Shown: piece after piece, positions 26,775-38,547 of the stretch
Position numbering within the stretch: the first letter of the stretch is position 1
Layout: each line of letters begins with the position of its first letter
Assembly (NCBI RefSeq): GCF_006345805.1
Contig: NC_043000.1
Span: 139,624,001-139,688,000 of the forward strand
Source of the DNA: Octopus sinensis
Lineage: Eukaryota
Length of the DNA stretch: 64,000 nucleotides
Direction of reading: 5' to 3'
The notes under the pieces: generated by a model
What the model saw: the letters and a program-made list of their open reading frames with translations, nothing else
Told to the model about the DNA's origin: nothing
Databases searched by the model: none
Translations under genes and position numbers: made by a program

Positions 26775-27066
26775 AAAATACAGTGTACATTTAAACACAT
26801 TGAGAGGTTTCCATCATAGGAATCCTTTATGCTAGAAAGAACTGCTAAAGCCCAAACCACTAATTCGGGATAAATTCTCAAATGGAATGAAAAATAAAAA
26901 AATAATAAGTAAAAATAAGATAAAAACATTTACCGTCTATAGATGGTAAATGTTTTTATTTTTCATTCCCTTCTAGAATTTGTCCCTAATTAGGGGTTTG
27001 GGCTTTAGCATAAAGGATTCCTATGATGGAAACCTCTTAATGTGTTTAAATATACACTGTATTTTA
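26775..27066. repeat. Spacerless fold-back palindrome with indels
   Basis: Centre CTA|TAG at 26939/26940; arms match through AAAATACAGTG.. Confidence 0.85.
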
Positions 27067-28663
27067 CATATATGTATATAATCACCTAAACCCAGCCAGT
27101 TCTATCAAAAAGGGGCAATAGGAAACTAAATGCAGATGAATAAGTATTCATATATTTGTTTACATACGCATATGTGAGGATAGGAAAAGACTTATTTATG
27201 AAAGTTTACCTGATAATCTTATGTAAATCACTAAGCTGTTCTTAGAGTATGGAACTAAAATATAACACATTGCATCTATGTATCTTTTAAATTATCTTAA
27301 TTGTTAGAAAGAGTCAGATACAAAATATAACCAACACACTGTGCAGAAGCTCATACAACTTCAGTATGATATACTGGGAACAAAGGCACATTGTAAGATA
27401 TTACAATGATTTTCTCATATGAATAACTATGGAGAAAACATTTAATATTTACTTGGATACAGATAAATAATTAACCTTGTCAATTTGATTAATCGTATGA
27501 ACTGCACTAATACAATATAACATATGTGCAACAAGGATCTGAAACAATTTGCACATAAAGATTTTCCCCAATATAATAGTTTCCAACTAGCAAGAACCAT
27601 GCCTCAGAATGACTTAATTGTCCACAGTACTTCCTCTGCACGAAGCTCCTTAATATAACAAATCAGCATAAAATATTATAACTACTGGATTATTAAATAT
27701 ATTAACCTATTCTACTTCAATGCTTCATTTTCCAAGTTCAAATTACATCAAAATGACATTTGATTTTCACCTTTACAAGGGCAATAATATTTGTTTTACA
27801 ACATTTGTACTTGTGCTTATGCACAAATATAATAAAATAATCTAGCATATAGTACACGTTATAATTTTTACTACTTGATTAACAGAATAAATGAATAAAT
27901 GAGTAAATAAATAAATGCTTAGAGAAAAAGACTGTATAATAAAACATTCTGAACAAGTGAAGGCTAAACGTTTGTGAATCAAATAACATCATTGTAAAAG
28001 AAAAACTTTCACATTAATTACAACCTGTATGTTAGTTAACATTTCCCTGTGAGTATTAATAGTCAAAAGGTGCTCAAGTATTATGACGGACAAATATTTT
28101 GTACAAATGAAATTATATGTGATCACTGAATTTTTGACTTGTGGATCTGAAAATATAATTCTGGTGTAAATCTCAAGGGGTCTGTAAATTTTTTAATTTA
28201 AATATGCACAGCAGTTAACATAGCACTAAATTTTAAGATTCTGTTTGGCATTTATTACCTGCACATTAAAAAGCATTGCCCATGTATAAAATAAAAGTAT
28301 ATTATACTTTTTATATGCAGTTTCATTTCATTTATATACTACCTTCAGAACATATGTTCCCATATGCACACACCATATACAACTCAGAAAGAGCATTGTT
28401 GGTTACATACAGATTATTTGGTATTGCTACTTCATCTGTAAATCAATTTTATACTTCATGATATAATGGTTTTCTATATTCACTTTTAGTATTTAAACTA
28501 TTGATTGGTGTACCAATGAGAACACATTGATGCTATCATATGTGACTGCTGAAATAACAGCCAAATCTTGTTTAGTCACATCGTATTGTCCTAAAAATAG
28601 GATTTATTAAAGCCTTTGATACATGATATCTGAAGAAAAATGAGATGGTAATAGTCAAAATAA

Positions 28664-28920
28664 GTGGAGGCACATGGCTTAGTGGTTAGGGTGTCAGCAC
28701 CATAGTCGTAAGATTGTGGTTTCGATTCCTGGACCAGGCAACGCATTGTGTTCTTGAGCGAAACACTTCATTTCACGATGCTCCTGTCCACTCAGCTGGC
28801 AAAAATGAGTAACGCTGTGATGGACTGGCGTCCCGTCCAGCTGGAGAACACATACGCCATAGAAACTGGGAAACTGGGCCCATGAGCCTGGATAGGCTTT
28901 AAAAGGGTGCATTTATTTAT
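28664..28920 (+). mobile_element. tRNA-derived SINE (family C-related head and core, different tail)
   Basis: TGGCTTAGTGGTTAGGG, GTTTCGATTCC, TGTGTTCTTGAGCGAAACAC. Confidence 0.7.
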
Positions 28921-30144
28921 TCTAATAGTCAAAATAACTTTTATCATAGGTTTGCTACATATAGGAAAGTTAAACTAGAAACTAAATAACAGTGCACTTT
29001 TGTTTGTAAGTACCTTATACAATTGCACAACACTTAATAAATCACCAGCAAACATCAGCCAAAGTGTCTCTAGCAATGAAACATCTTGATGCAGTAAGTG
29101 ATGGAAAATACTGCAAGAATCATGACCTCAGGTTCAGAAATCTATGATGTTAATAATGTAAGCAGTAGGATAAGAGGAAACTAGTAGTGGTCTCCTTTCC
29201 CTGATTAGTAAGTATAAATAGTTCAGAAATGGAATAGATTGGAATACTGTGAGAAAGAGGAATCTTTTATGAAAGGAAAGTTTTTCTGAAATATTTGACA
29301 TTTCTTCTTTCTAATTGTGAACTAGATTATTTTTGATTTCAGCTGTTTATAAATTAATTTGTGGATTTTTTAGTTGATAAATTATAACACGATGCCCCAC
29401 CACTCTTTGGAATATTTATCTGTAACATTGAAAAATAGATTAACAAAATCTCTGAAGCCAATGAGAGACCTACTGAAGGGTCATTTGTATAGTCAGAATA
29501 GTAACCAAATCTCTTTAAAAAAGGGAAATTAAATTAAATAATGTAGTCCTAGATACACTGTTTAAAAATTTAACAGCAATGTTGTTGCACTCATCATCTG
29601 CAAAACATATAACCATCACTGGCAGATGAATCTTCTGACACAGCTGTCTATTTATGGGTTCTGTCTCTCATCATTTTGAAAACAACAGGGTGCAATTCTT
29701 AGGAGAACACACTGCTATTTCTTATAGAGTGAGTGAGTACATAGCTACCTTAGGAGTCGATCGGAACCATCCATCTCTCACAAACCAATAAACATTTTTA
29801 AATTCTGGAAATATTGGGAAGAAAGCTGCCAATATCTTATGTTCCATAAGACGTTGAGCAGTGTGGGTTTTAATGAAAGTGAAATACCAAAAAGGAAAAG
29901 CAAATCAGACAAATCAAAACTAAAACTGAATAAATAAATAATATATAACACTTAATCAATTAGTCAATTATTCAGTGATTACATCTGCTTATAGCAGAGT
30001 GGCATTGACACATGGTTTTCAATAACACTATTGTTAATGCTATATCGAGCTCTCTCTGTCTCTGTTTCTTAATCTCTCTCCCTTTCTCTATCATTTTAAA
30101 TAAATTTTCTTGTAGCTATTTATACCTCTTTTTCACACTTATAC

Positions 30145-30160
30145 ATATGTACGTATATGC

Positions 30161-30191
<31 letters not shown>

Positions 30192-30226
30192 TATACACAC
30201 ACATACACTTATATATGTATGTATGC

Positions 30227-30302
<76 letters not shown>

Positions 30303-30306
30303 TATA
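30145..30306. repeat. (TA)n-rich microsatellite
   Basis: Direct reading. Confidence 0.95.
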
Positions 30307-31257
30307 ATTCATTGAAAAGCCAACCAGAATGCAACAATGGAAGAAGAGTAGCACACCCAATCAATTGGTTTTAAAATATTAGTTTTAAATTTTGGCACAA
30401 GGCCAGCAAATAACATGGTAAGACGATTACATTGACCCCAGTGCACAATTAATAATATTTCATTGACCCCCTTCCCCCTCAAAACGATGTAAAGCAAAGC
30501 CTATCTCAGTGGAATTGGAACTAAAACTGGTTTTAAAATGTTAATAATAAACATATCTTTAAGTTCACTTAATTTAGAATATCCTTTTGTGTTTTTTAAC
30601 CATTTCTTGTTTAGAGTTTACTAGAACATATAATTACATAAATGATACCGACATAGAAATCATTATACATGCAAGAAAAACTGTTCTCCAATGCAGATCT
30701 TAACTGGGTCAAAAGACGAGCTCCCAAAGTTCATTGGACATCAATGCGGAGGAATTTAACTGATAGATGCAGATATATATGTGGCATTGCTGTTATGTAC
30801 ATACTAGACATACAAAATAAGAAACTTACTACATCAAACATTGAGATATGTGCACATGTTAGACCTGTTATTTCTCAGCAGGTATATAGACATACAGTAA
30901 CTTCTTTAGAAAAGAACCCACAAAGTATCTTTACAAATTTCAATCTAAAACTAAATATAACCATTAATTTGAGGCTGATCGTCTTCCAAGATGTCACTCA
31001 CTGTGGGCAAATAAAAGCAGAGCAGGAAACGAAGCCAAATGGTAAATTTACATATGTTTTTTTATTAAATCTTTTGTCCCACATACATAGTTTTCAATGA
31101 CCTTACATGTGATATAAGAAGGACCTCCAGCTACTTTCCAAAGAAAGACATCATTGACAATAACGAGGCTATTTCCTATTACAATACTGCTACAGCAAAT
31201 AACAGTTACAAAAATAAAAATTTACTCACAACTCCAATTCCCTCCCATCCCATACAA

Positions 31258-32006
31258 TCTCTTTTACTTGATTCAGTCATTTGACTGCAACCATGCTGGA
31301 GCACTGCCTTTTTAGTCAAGCAAATCAACCCCAGGACTTATTCTTTGTAAGCCTAGTACTTATTCTATCGGTTCTTTTGCCGAACCGCTAAGTTACAGGG
31401 ACGTAAACACACCAGCATCGGTTGTCAAGCAATGTTGGGTGGACAAAAACACAAACACACACATATATATTTATGAATTTTTTGCGTAATGAGATAAAGA
31501 AAAACCCAAGGCTGTATAGATATTAGAGCATTTATAGTTAGAAGGTCTTACAGCTGTTTCTAGAATATTAATAATAATATCCTTTCATCGGAGACGGTGT
31601 GAGAGGAAATATTAAGTCATAATTAGTTTCGATGTGATACAAATAGAGAGTGAGGTAGAAGAAAGAGAATAGATGTAAGATATATATGGTTATTGAGTTC
31701 ATAGATCCATTTTATAGGCATAATGGTATATATGTGTAATATTCCAATATCCTTTGAGTAAAATCCAAAAGTCCAACAGAGTTTAATACGAGTTCATCCA
31801 GATGTAAAGTTTATAAGCAATGTAGGTCAAACTAAAGCATTTGATCCGGTCATAAAAAAACAGTGCAATAGGTGCAAAATAACTTCTTCCAAATGAACAT
31901 GACAATATATATCCCTTCTTTCCTGAGCGTCAATAATACTTTAATTGTTCCACGTCCTGCGTTGCTGTGTTTTTTTCTCTTTTTTTCTGTGTTTTCTTGT
32001 TTGGAT

Positions 32007-32037
<31 letters not shown>

Positions 32038-32196
32038 TGGGCTTCTTTCAGTTTCTACCCACCAAATCCACTCACAAGGCTTTGGTTGGCTCGAGGCTAT
32101 AGTAGAAGACACTTGTCCAAGGTGTCACACAGTGGGACTGAACCCGGAACCATGTAGTTGGTAAGCAAGCTACTTACCACACAGCCACTCCTGTGC
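31258..32196 (-). mobile_element. SINE family A split by a ~540-bp insertion in its TA linker
   Basis: 3' half 31258-31470, 5' half ~32010-32196. Confidence 0.82.
31545..31595 (-). ncRNA. Minimal hammerhead-ribozyme-like motif (core U4 changed to C) in a Penelope-type pLTR fragment
   Basis: GUCU-CCGAUGA-A-AGGAUAUUA/UAAUAUUCU-A-GAAAC-AGCU-GUA-AGAC: stem I, stem II, palindromic stem III, GUA cleavage triplet. Confidence 0.6.
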
Positions 32197-32378
32197 CTAC
32201 AAAAAGTACTAAAAAAACTACAGCATCATATAATTAATACCTCTTGTTTTTAATGACTTTAAAACTAGTATTGGGAAACATTTCGTAATCCAAAACAATA
32301 GCTTATGAAGCAGATGTCAAGTCTTTGAAACTCAGTAGAATTTTAGAGCACACATACTATATTAGCTTAAAAGCTGCC

Positions 32379-32570
32379 TTATCCTGTGGCTTTTAAGCTA
32401 GCTCCTGTGGAGCATTCTTCATTAGGTCTTGGGCCCAACAATGACATTTCGTGCTTTGAGGACATATTAAATTTTATTAAACTTGAACAACTTGAATAAT
32501 ATTTTTCAAGCAATGAGCAATTTTCATCAAGACAATGATATAATTTGTCGATTTGGAACTTATTGCAAAG
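32379..32570 (-). CDS. Candidate terminal coding exon (63 aa + TAA), unidentified
   Basis: Acceptor CTGTTGTTTATCACGCAG, open phase-0 frame LCNKFQIDKLYHCLDENC..ASLKATG*, non-repetitive sequence. Confidence 0.3.
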   Translation of the reverse strand, partial: LCNKFQIDKLYHCLDENCSLLEKYYSSCSSLIKFNMSSKHEMSLLGPRPNEECSTGASLKATG

Positions 32571-32830
32571 CTGCGTGATAAACAACAGTATCATCAGCAT
32601 CGCTCCCACATCTACCATATACACACCATTCAACCTTTTTGTGATGGTGATGGGGTGATAGGAATAGTATGAGCTGTAGTTGTGTTAGAGGTGGAGGTGG
32701 TGGTGATGATGGTGGTGTTGGTGGTAGCCAAGGCGGTCAAGGATGACGGTGAGAGTAAGTGATGTGAAAGACAGTGGTGATGATGGTGGAGGGGAAGGCG
32801 GCAAAGTCAAAGGTATTGATGTGGTGGGGA

Positions 32831-33252
32831 AGGCAGCAAGCTGGCAGAAACATTAGCACACCGGGCGAAATGCTTAGCGGTATTTCGTCTGCCGCTATGT
32901 TTTGAGTTCAAATTCCACCAAGGTCGACTTTGCCTTTCATCCTTCCGGGGTCGATTAAATAAGTACCAGTTACGCACTGGGGTCGATATAATCGACTTAA
33001 TCCGTTTGTCTGTCCTTGTTTGTCCTCTCTGTGTTTAGCCCCTTGTGGGTAGTAAAGAAATAGGTATTTCATCTGCCGCTATGTTCTGAGTTCAAATTCC
33101 GCCGAAGTTGACTTTGCCTTTCATCCATTCGGGATCGATTAAATAAGTACCAGTTACACATAGGGGTCGATAAGATCGACTTAATCCATTTGTCTGTCCT
33201 TGTTTGTCCTCTCTGTGTTTAGCCCCTTGTGGGTAGTAAAGAAATAGGTATT
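32831..33252 (+). mobile_element. tRNA-derived SINE family B with duplicated ~190-bp 3' unit
   Basis: Head GCTGGCAGAAACATTAGCAC, GAGTTCAAATTCC, core TAAGTACCAG; body repeated twice. Confidence 0.85.
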
Positions 33253-33662
33253 GATGTGGTGGAGATGGTGGTGGTACTAAGAAAATGAATTTAGTGTTCA
33301 GTCCCACTTTCTCTCAGATACCCACTCTTTCTCTCTCTCTTATTATTACTCCCACTGCCACCATCAACACTACTACTTTTAATAAAACATCATCAACAGT
33401 AGAAGTATCTTTGAACAGCGAGAGAGGGAGTCAGAGTGTGACACAGACACACAGAAATTAGTTTCCACACTTATTATATTAGATGGGAACGACAGGGGGA
33501 AAATTTACATAACGCAGTTATAATCATATTTCATCCTTCATGCATGCCACAAATAAAGCACAACAGCTTTGTGAAGCTCTGTCTAGCACTTAAAAGAATA
33601 CAATACTGTTTTTTACATTAAATGGAAGATCCTAATACAAAGTAGTCTCAATATAATGCAAT

Positions 33663-34078
33663 GGATCTTTTCGGTTTGAACGGCAGTTTTTTCTAGCGGT
33701 GTCATATGAAATTGTCACCCATAATTATGACCCTAGAATCGTTCTATTGTATTTCAATCTCTTTTAGGGTTAGGGTTAGGGGTGGGGGAAGGATATCTTT
33801 TTTATTCACAAATGTAAATAAACCCAATCTGTTTCTTAAATGAGGGACATTTTTATACGGCACAGAATGTTTTTTTTACCTCAATAGACGTCACTGATTG
33901 GTTGAAATTGCAGAAATTGAAGAAAAAAACAACAAATATCTTACAAACTATAGAATTTTCTCAATAAAGCCAAGAGAAAAAGATGTTTTATAAGCACATT
34001 CTACCAGTATACAAAGTTTAAAATTTTTTAGTTACCTAGAAATTATGTTAAAAACTGCCGTTCAAACCGAAAAGATCC
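33663..34078 (+). mobile_element. GGATC-TIR MITE (~415 bp), copy 1
   Basis: ~28-bp TIR GGATCTTTTCGGTTTGAACGGCAGTTTT; flanks TAATGCAAT / TCATGCAAT. Confidence 0.88.
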
Positions 34079-34230
34079 TCATGCAATTTATGCTCAGATG
34101 GAAAGAGCTTCTTATTCAAAGTACCTAAAACTCAGAGAATCAGTGGTAAATTCTAAAATGAATTCTGAAAATTAACTCTACCACTAGATCAAATTTAACA
34201 ATATTTGTACCAGATTATTATCATTATTAT

Positions 34231-34447
34231 GGTGCTAAGCTGGCAGAACCGTTTGCACACCAGGTAAAATGTTTAGTAACATATCATCTGTCTTTACGCT
34301 CCGAGTTGGAATTCCACCAAAGTCGACTTTGCCTTTCATCCTTTCGGGGTCAATAAAATAAGTACCAGCTGAGCTCTGGGGTCGATGTAATCGACTGACT
34401 GCCTCCCCAAAATTGCTGGCTTCGTGTCAAAACCTGAAACCAAAATT
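34231..34447 (+). mobile_element. SINE family B, diverged
   Basis: Same head and core. Confidence 0.75.
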
Positions 34448-35199
34448 GATAGTGGACATTTTTATACTATTCTTTACATATATTTTATTTAGTAATATCA
34501 TTCTTGATCTAAAAATACATTTTGCTTACCTTTAGCAATTTCCCTCCTAAGGTGCTATATTTTACATCACTATCATATTTTATATTAGCACATACTTACG
34601 ACCAATATAGTACCAACGACTGGTTTGAGCATACAGCAGTAAGCCTTTAAAACTGTCATTTTTTAAAACCATAAAGCAGTTGAAATAGTTGAGAAATGAA
34701 GACGTGCCAACTTTTTATAGGCTGTGATTATATTATTTAATGGTTCACAAAGCTCAGCACTTAGTATGTTTGCCAAAAAATATTACATTACAGTAGATTA
34801 AATATGTTAGACACAGTTTCTTTATTACTTAAAAGACGACCATGCAAATGATTTTGACTCGTTCTTTAATGTATCTATTTGTGTAAATACAAGCATCACA
34901 TGGCGTAGGATTAAAACGTCGCTTTCACAACTACTTTAGGCTGTGTTTGATCCCAGTGCGTCCACCTTGGACAAATGTGTTTTAGTATAGTTTCAGCTTA
35001 ACCAATACACTGTGAGTGGCATTTAGTAGCTCGAATTTGTTTTTGAATTTGTTGCTCCCACAACATGTATATGTAATGTGTGTGAGTGTGTGTTAGAGTT
35101 GTAAAGTATATAAACTGTTTTATGTCGTGCAAATGCTATCTAATATAAAACAAAACGCGAGACAGAACGAATGGATATATATCAAAATTTGAACGTCTC

Positions 35200-36950
35200 C
35201 CCTGAGTTTGTCTTTGGACATACCCAACACTTGGCTAGAAAGTGGGATTTACCATATTTATAAAGTTATGTGGACGTTAACTGTGCATTGATGAGTGGAT
35301 TGTTGAATGTCATTGTAGATTCTTATTTATGATATAGGGACTCTATCTGAATTCCTTGTATATGTTACGTGGTCTCAAAACTTAAAGAATGAACAAAATC
35401 TAAATTCAAACAACTCGATGTATTAGATATATCGAGTTACTACACTTCTATAAATGCAATACTGCTAAATAATATTCTAATATTTGTTATATATTCTATT
35501 CCAAATGGAGTCTTAGTTTTCTAAATTAGAGGGAGGTCTATATAGAGATGACAGGCTATTCCCTTTAGACAATCTTTTTCTTTTTCAAATAATAAGTTAA
35601 AGGATGTAGCGTGGGTTTAAATCGAGCAGATGGACTAATTATTACACAGACTACGTAAATTCATTAAGATATCTTAAGAGAGCATCTCTGTGAACGATTA
35701 AAGACGTATATATAAAAATGCCCATTCAGATAATTTTCTTGGTAAAACCTTAGTTCAAAAGCAAATAAATAGTTACATGATAAGGTACAATATGTAGATA
35801 CAGCTTTGAATCAACTGTATGTTTTTCTTAATTTAATGAAAAGTTTCGGTGTGCTTTATAGATATTCTGTATACTTTGGTGTACTTTACAGATATTCTTT
35901 CAATAACGTAGCTTCTTATATCAACGAAGGATTAAAACGAAGTGGGTATAAATATAAAATCAAATTAATGATATCAATCTTCCGACAATTACCAGTAGAG
36001 AACATAAAATCAATTAGTAGATGTCTCAATCAATTTCAGTGAAGATGCCCCTTTGTTAAGAATTTACTAAATAAATAAGGATTTTCCGAAGAATCATAAA
36101 TACAAAATTCTAAAATGAAAGGTTAAATTTAGCTTCAAATGTGCACAGAATTTTCTTACTGAAATAGAAAGCATCAATATTCTTTTCTAATCTAGGCACA
36201 AGGCCTAAAAGTTTTGGGGAGAGAGGCAAAGTCGACCTCAATGGAATTTGAACTCAGAACGTAGCGGCAGATGAAATACCTATTTCTTCATTGCCCACAA
36301 GGGGCTAAATACAGACAGGACAAACAAGGACAGACATACGGATTAAGTCGATTATATCGACCCCAGTGGGTAACTGGTACTTAATTTATCGACCCCGAAA
36401 GGATGAAAGGCAAAGTCAACCTCGGCGGAATTTGAACTCATAAAGTAAAGACAGATGAGATACCGCTATGCATTTTGCCCGGCGTGCTAACATTTCTACC
36501 AGCTCACCGCCTTATCATAAATATTAAATTCTTTAAATTGCTTTCTACTTCTAATAGCTCCCACTCATATAACTTTTAACTACATAAATTATCGATGAAA
36601 TAAATTACGTCTCTTGAAACCAGCAGTTTATAGTACAAAAGTGCAGTTGATAATTTATCTTCCAGAGATTATAGTGGGTTACCGGTAAATAAATTTAAAG
36701 CATCACGATTTCAAAAATCTGGAATGCTCTCGGGAAACGACTTTATTAAAATGCATTATGATCTATGAAAAAGAAAAGTAGCGAGGGCTATAAACTGTTT
36801 AGAGTATAATATAATATTCTAGAATTTATAACATGGTAAACGATCATTGTAAACTTTGCTTCTTAATGTAAATATATTATGAATCCTTTTGCAATCACAA
36901 ATCAAAATTTTTGTTAAAATACTTGGAAATACCCATTGACGAAGAACACA
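35200..36950 (+). mobile_element. Very degenerate Penelope-like element interrupted by a SINE
   Basis: LDISSYYTSI, LYRDD, YINEGLKRSGY, HCKLCF. Confidence 0.55.
36190..36512 (-). mobile_element. SINE family B (composite)
   Basis: Reverse-complement match to family B. Confidence 0.8.
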
Positions 36951-37464
36951 TGGTTGTGTAGCATTTTTCCACACTTTAAAAAATGAAAATTCTCCTTCAG
37001 TTGATGTAGATTAAAGGTCACTACTTTTGTCATTATCTATCAAAACGACAAATGGAAGAGTTATCCAGCTATATCAAAACCTATCGTAGTGTTAACGCAC
37101 ATGGTGCATTTTTATAATCGTCATGTATATAAATATAAACGCATCTTTTTTTTTCTTTTCATTTATGACGTTGTTTAAAATCGATAATCTCTGTACTAGA
37201 CAGTCATTGTAACTTCAACCTAAATAAAATTTATATACCCCCTCTACAACCACAACTATCATCATCAGCATCATGCTGTCACGTTATCTTCTTCATCCTT
37301 TTCACATCCGCTTTTCCATGGTGGTATGCATTGTAAGGGTCATGATGGAGCAAAACAGATTTATACAGTGTTACTGCTCTTTCAGACATTCCCATTTTGT
37401 CCAGCATGTTTGCCATGTCAGGATACACTTTTTATTACCAAATGTATTTATATTTGTATGTATG

Positions 37465-37571
37465 TCATTATTTAGTTTCATTTCAAGATTTCTTGCCAAT
37501 AGAGAAAGAACCGGTTTGTAATCTGATCTAAGGTCCTTCATTGGAATTTCAACATCAGCAGCAGGGTAGTG

Positions 37572-37603
<32 letters not shown>

Positions 37604-38521
37604 TGTATGTATGTATGTATGTATGTATGTATGTATGTATGCATGCATGCATGCATGTATGTATATGTGCAGATTTGTATGTTTCGTTTTATGCATGTAT
37701 TCTAATGTATATACTTGCATATCTAGATATGCTCATATATACTTAAATAATAAGCTTCTGGAAAGTTTTACAGATCTTTACAGTTCCAGTGATAGCTTGG
37801 ATCTGTAGTCTTCGAATCAGATTTCTTTCTCCTGCTTTTGAGAAGCTTAATTTCTCAAGATTGGTATTTAGGCAGTGTGTTGATTTCTTTATTGCCCACA
37901 GGGAGCTAAACATAGAGCGGACAAACAAGGACAGACAAAGGGATTAAGTCGATTACATCAACCCCAGTATGCAACTGGTACTTAATTTATCGACCCCCGA
38001 AAGGATAAAAGGCAAAGTCGACCTTGGTGGGATTTGAACTCAGAACGTAACAGCAGACGAAATACCGCTAAGCATTTCGCCCGGCGTGCTAACATTTCTG
38101 CCAGCTCGCCACCTGTATTTAGGTAGTGTGTTACATATCCCAGCACCCCAATAAATACACGTATAAACCTGAACTTTTAATCTGGATAGAGTAACTGCAG
38201 ATTTTTCAATAGTTCAGCATAGGTATTCTCCTTTTCATTGATCTTCAGCTTTATGTTAACATCCGCTGGGCAGCTGATTTTCACAACAGTACACAATTTC
38301 TCTTCTCTTTCCTACACCATTATATCAGGTCTGTTGTGCTTACATTTTATTGAGGTCTTCACTGAGACATTTCACCAGTACTCTTTTTTTATCATGAATG
38401 GCTATGTCTTCTACCATACTGTGGTTTCTTATTTCTTTGTCCTGTGGCTTATCCTTCGGACGGATTTCATTATAGAGTGTCCTAGCTAAAATATCATGTC
38501 TCACTTGCAATACACACCACC
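37465..38521 (-). mobile_element. RLE-type (R4/Dong-like) LINE, 5'-truncated, copy R1
   Basis: HNRPDIMV..TVVKISCP..NIKLK..EKENTYAEL, LQIQAITGTVKICKTF; 3'UTR shared with 41470-42664; (CATA)n on both sides. Confidence 0.85.
37882..38114 (-). mobile_element. SINE family B inserted in R1, 18-bp TSD
   Basis: GTATTTAGG(C/T)AGTGTGTT at 37864-37881 and 38115-38132. Confidence 0.88.
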
Positions 38522-38547
38522 GTGTGTGTATGTATGTATGTATGTAT

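Noticed and set aside
30669-30759. In-frame TGA in KFLRIDVQ*TLGARLL as selenocysteine
   Set aside because: No recognisable selenoprotein motif, no SECIS identified, and the reading frame itself is unproven.
33766-33782. TTAGGG repeats as an interstitial telomere
   Set aside because: Only about two units, and they are a fixed internal part of the GGATC-TIR MITE, recurring at the same place in its copies.
34530-34644. Two small minus-strand exon candidates (45 and 25 nt) with GTAAG donors
   Set aside because: Would need a 45-nt intron; no frame gives a recognisable product, and the unspliced form has stops in all frames.
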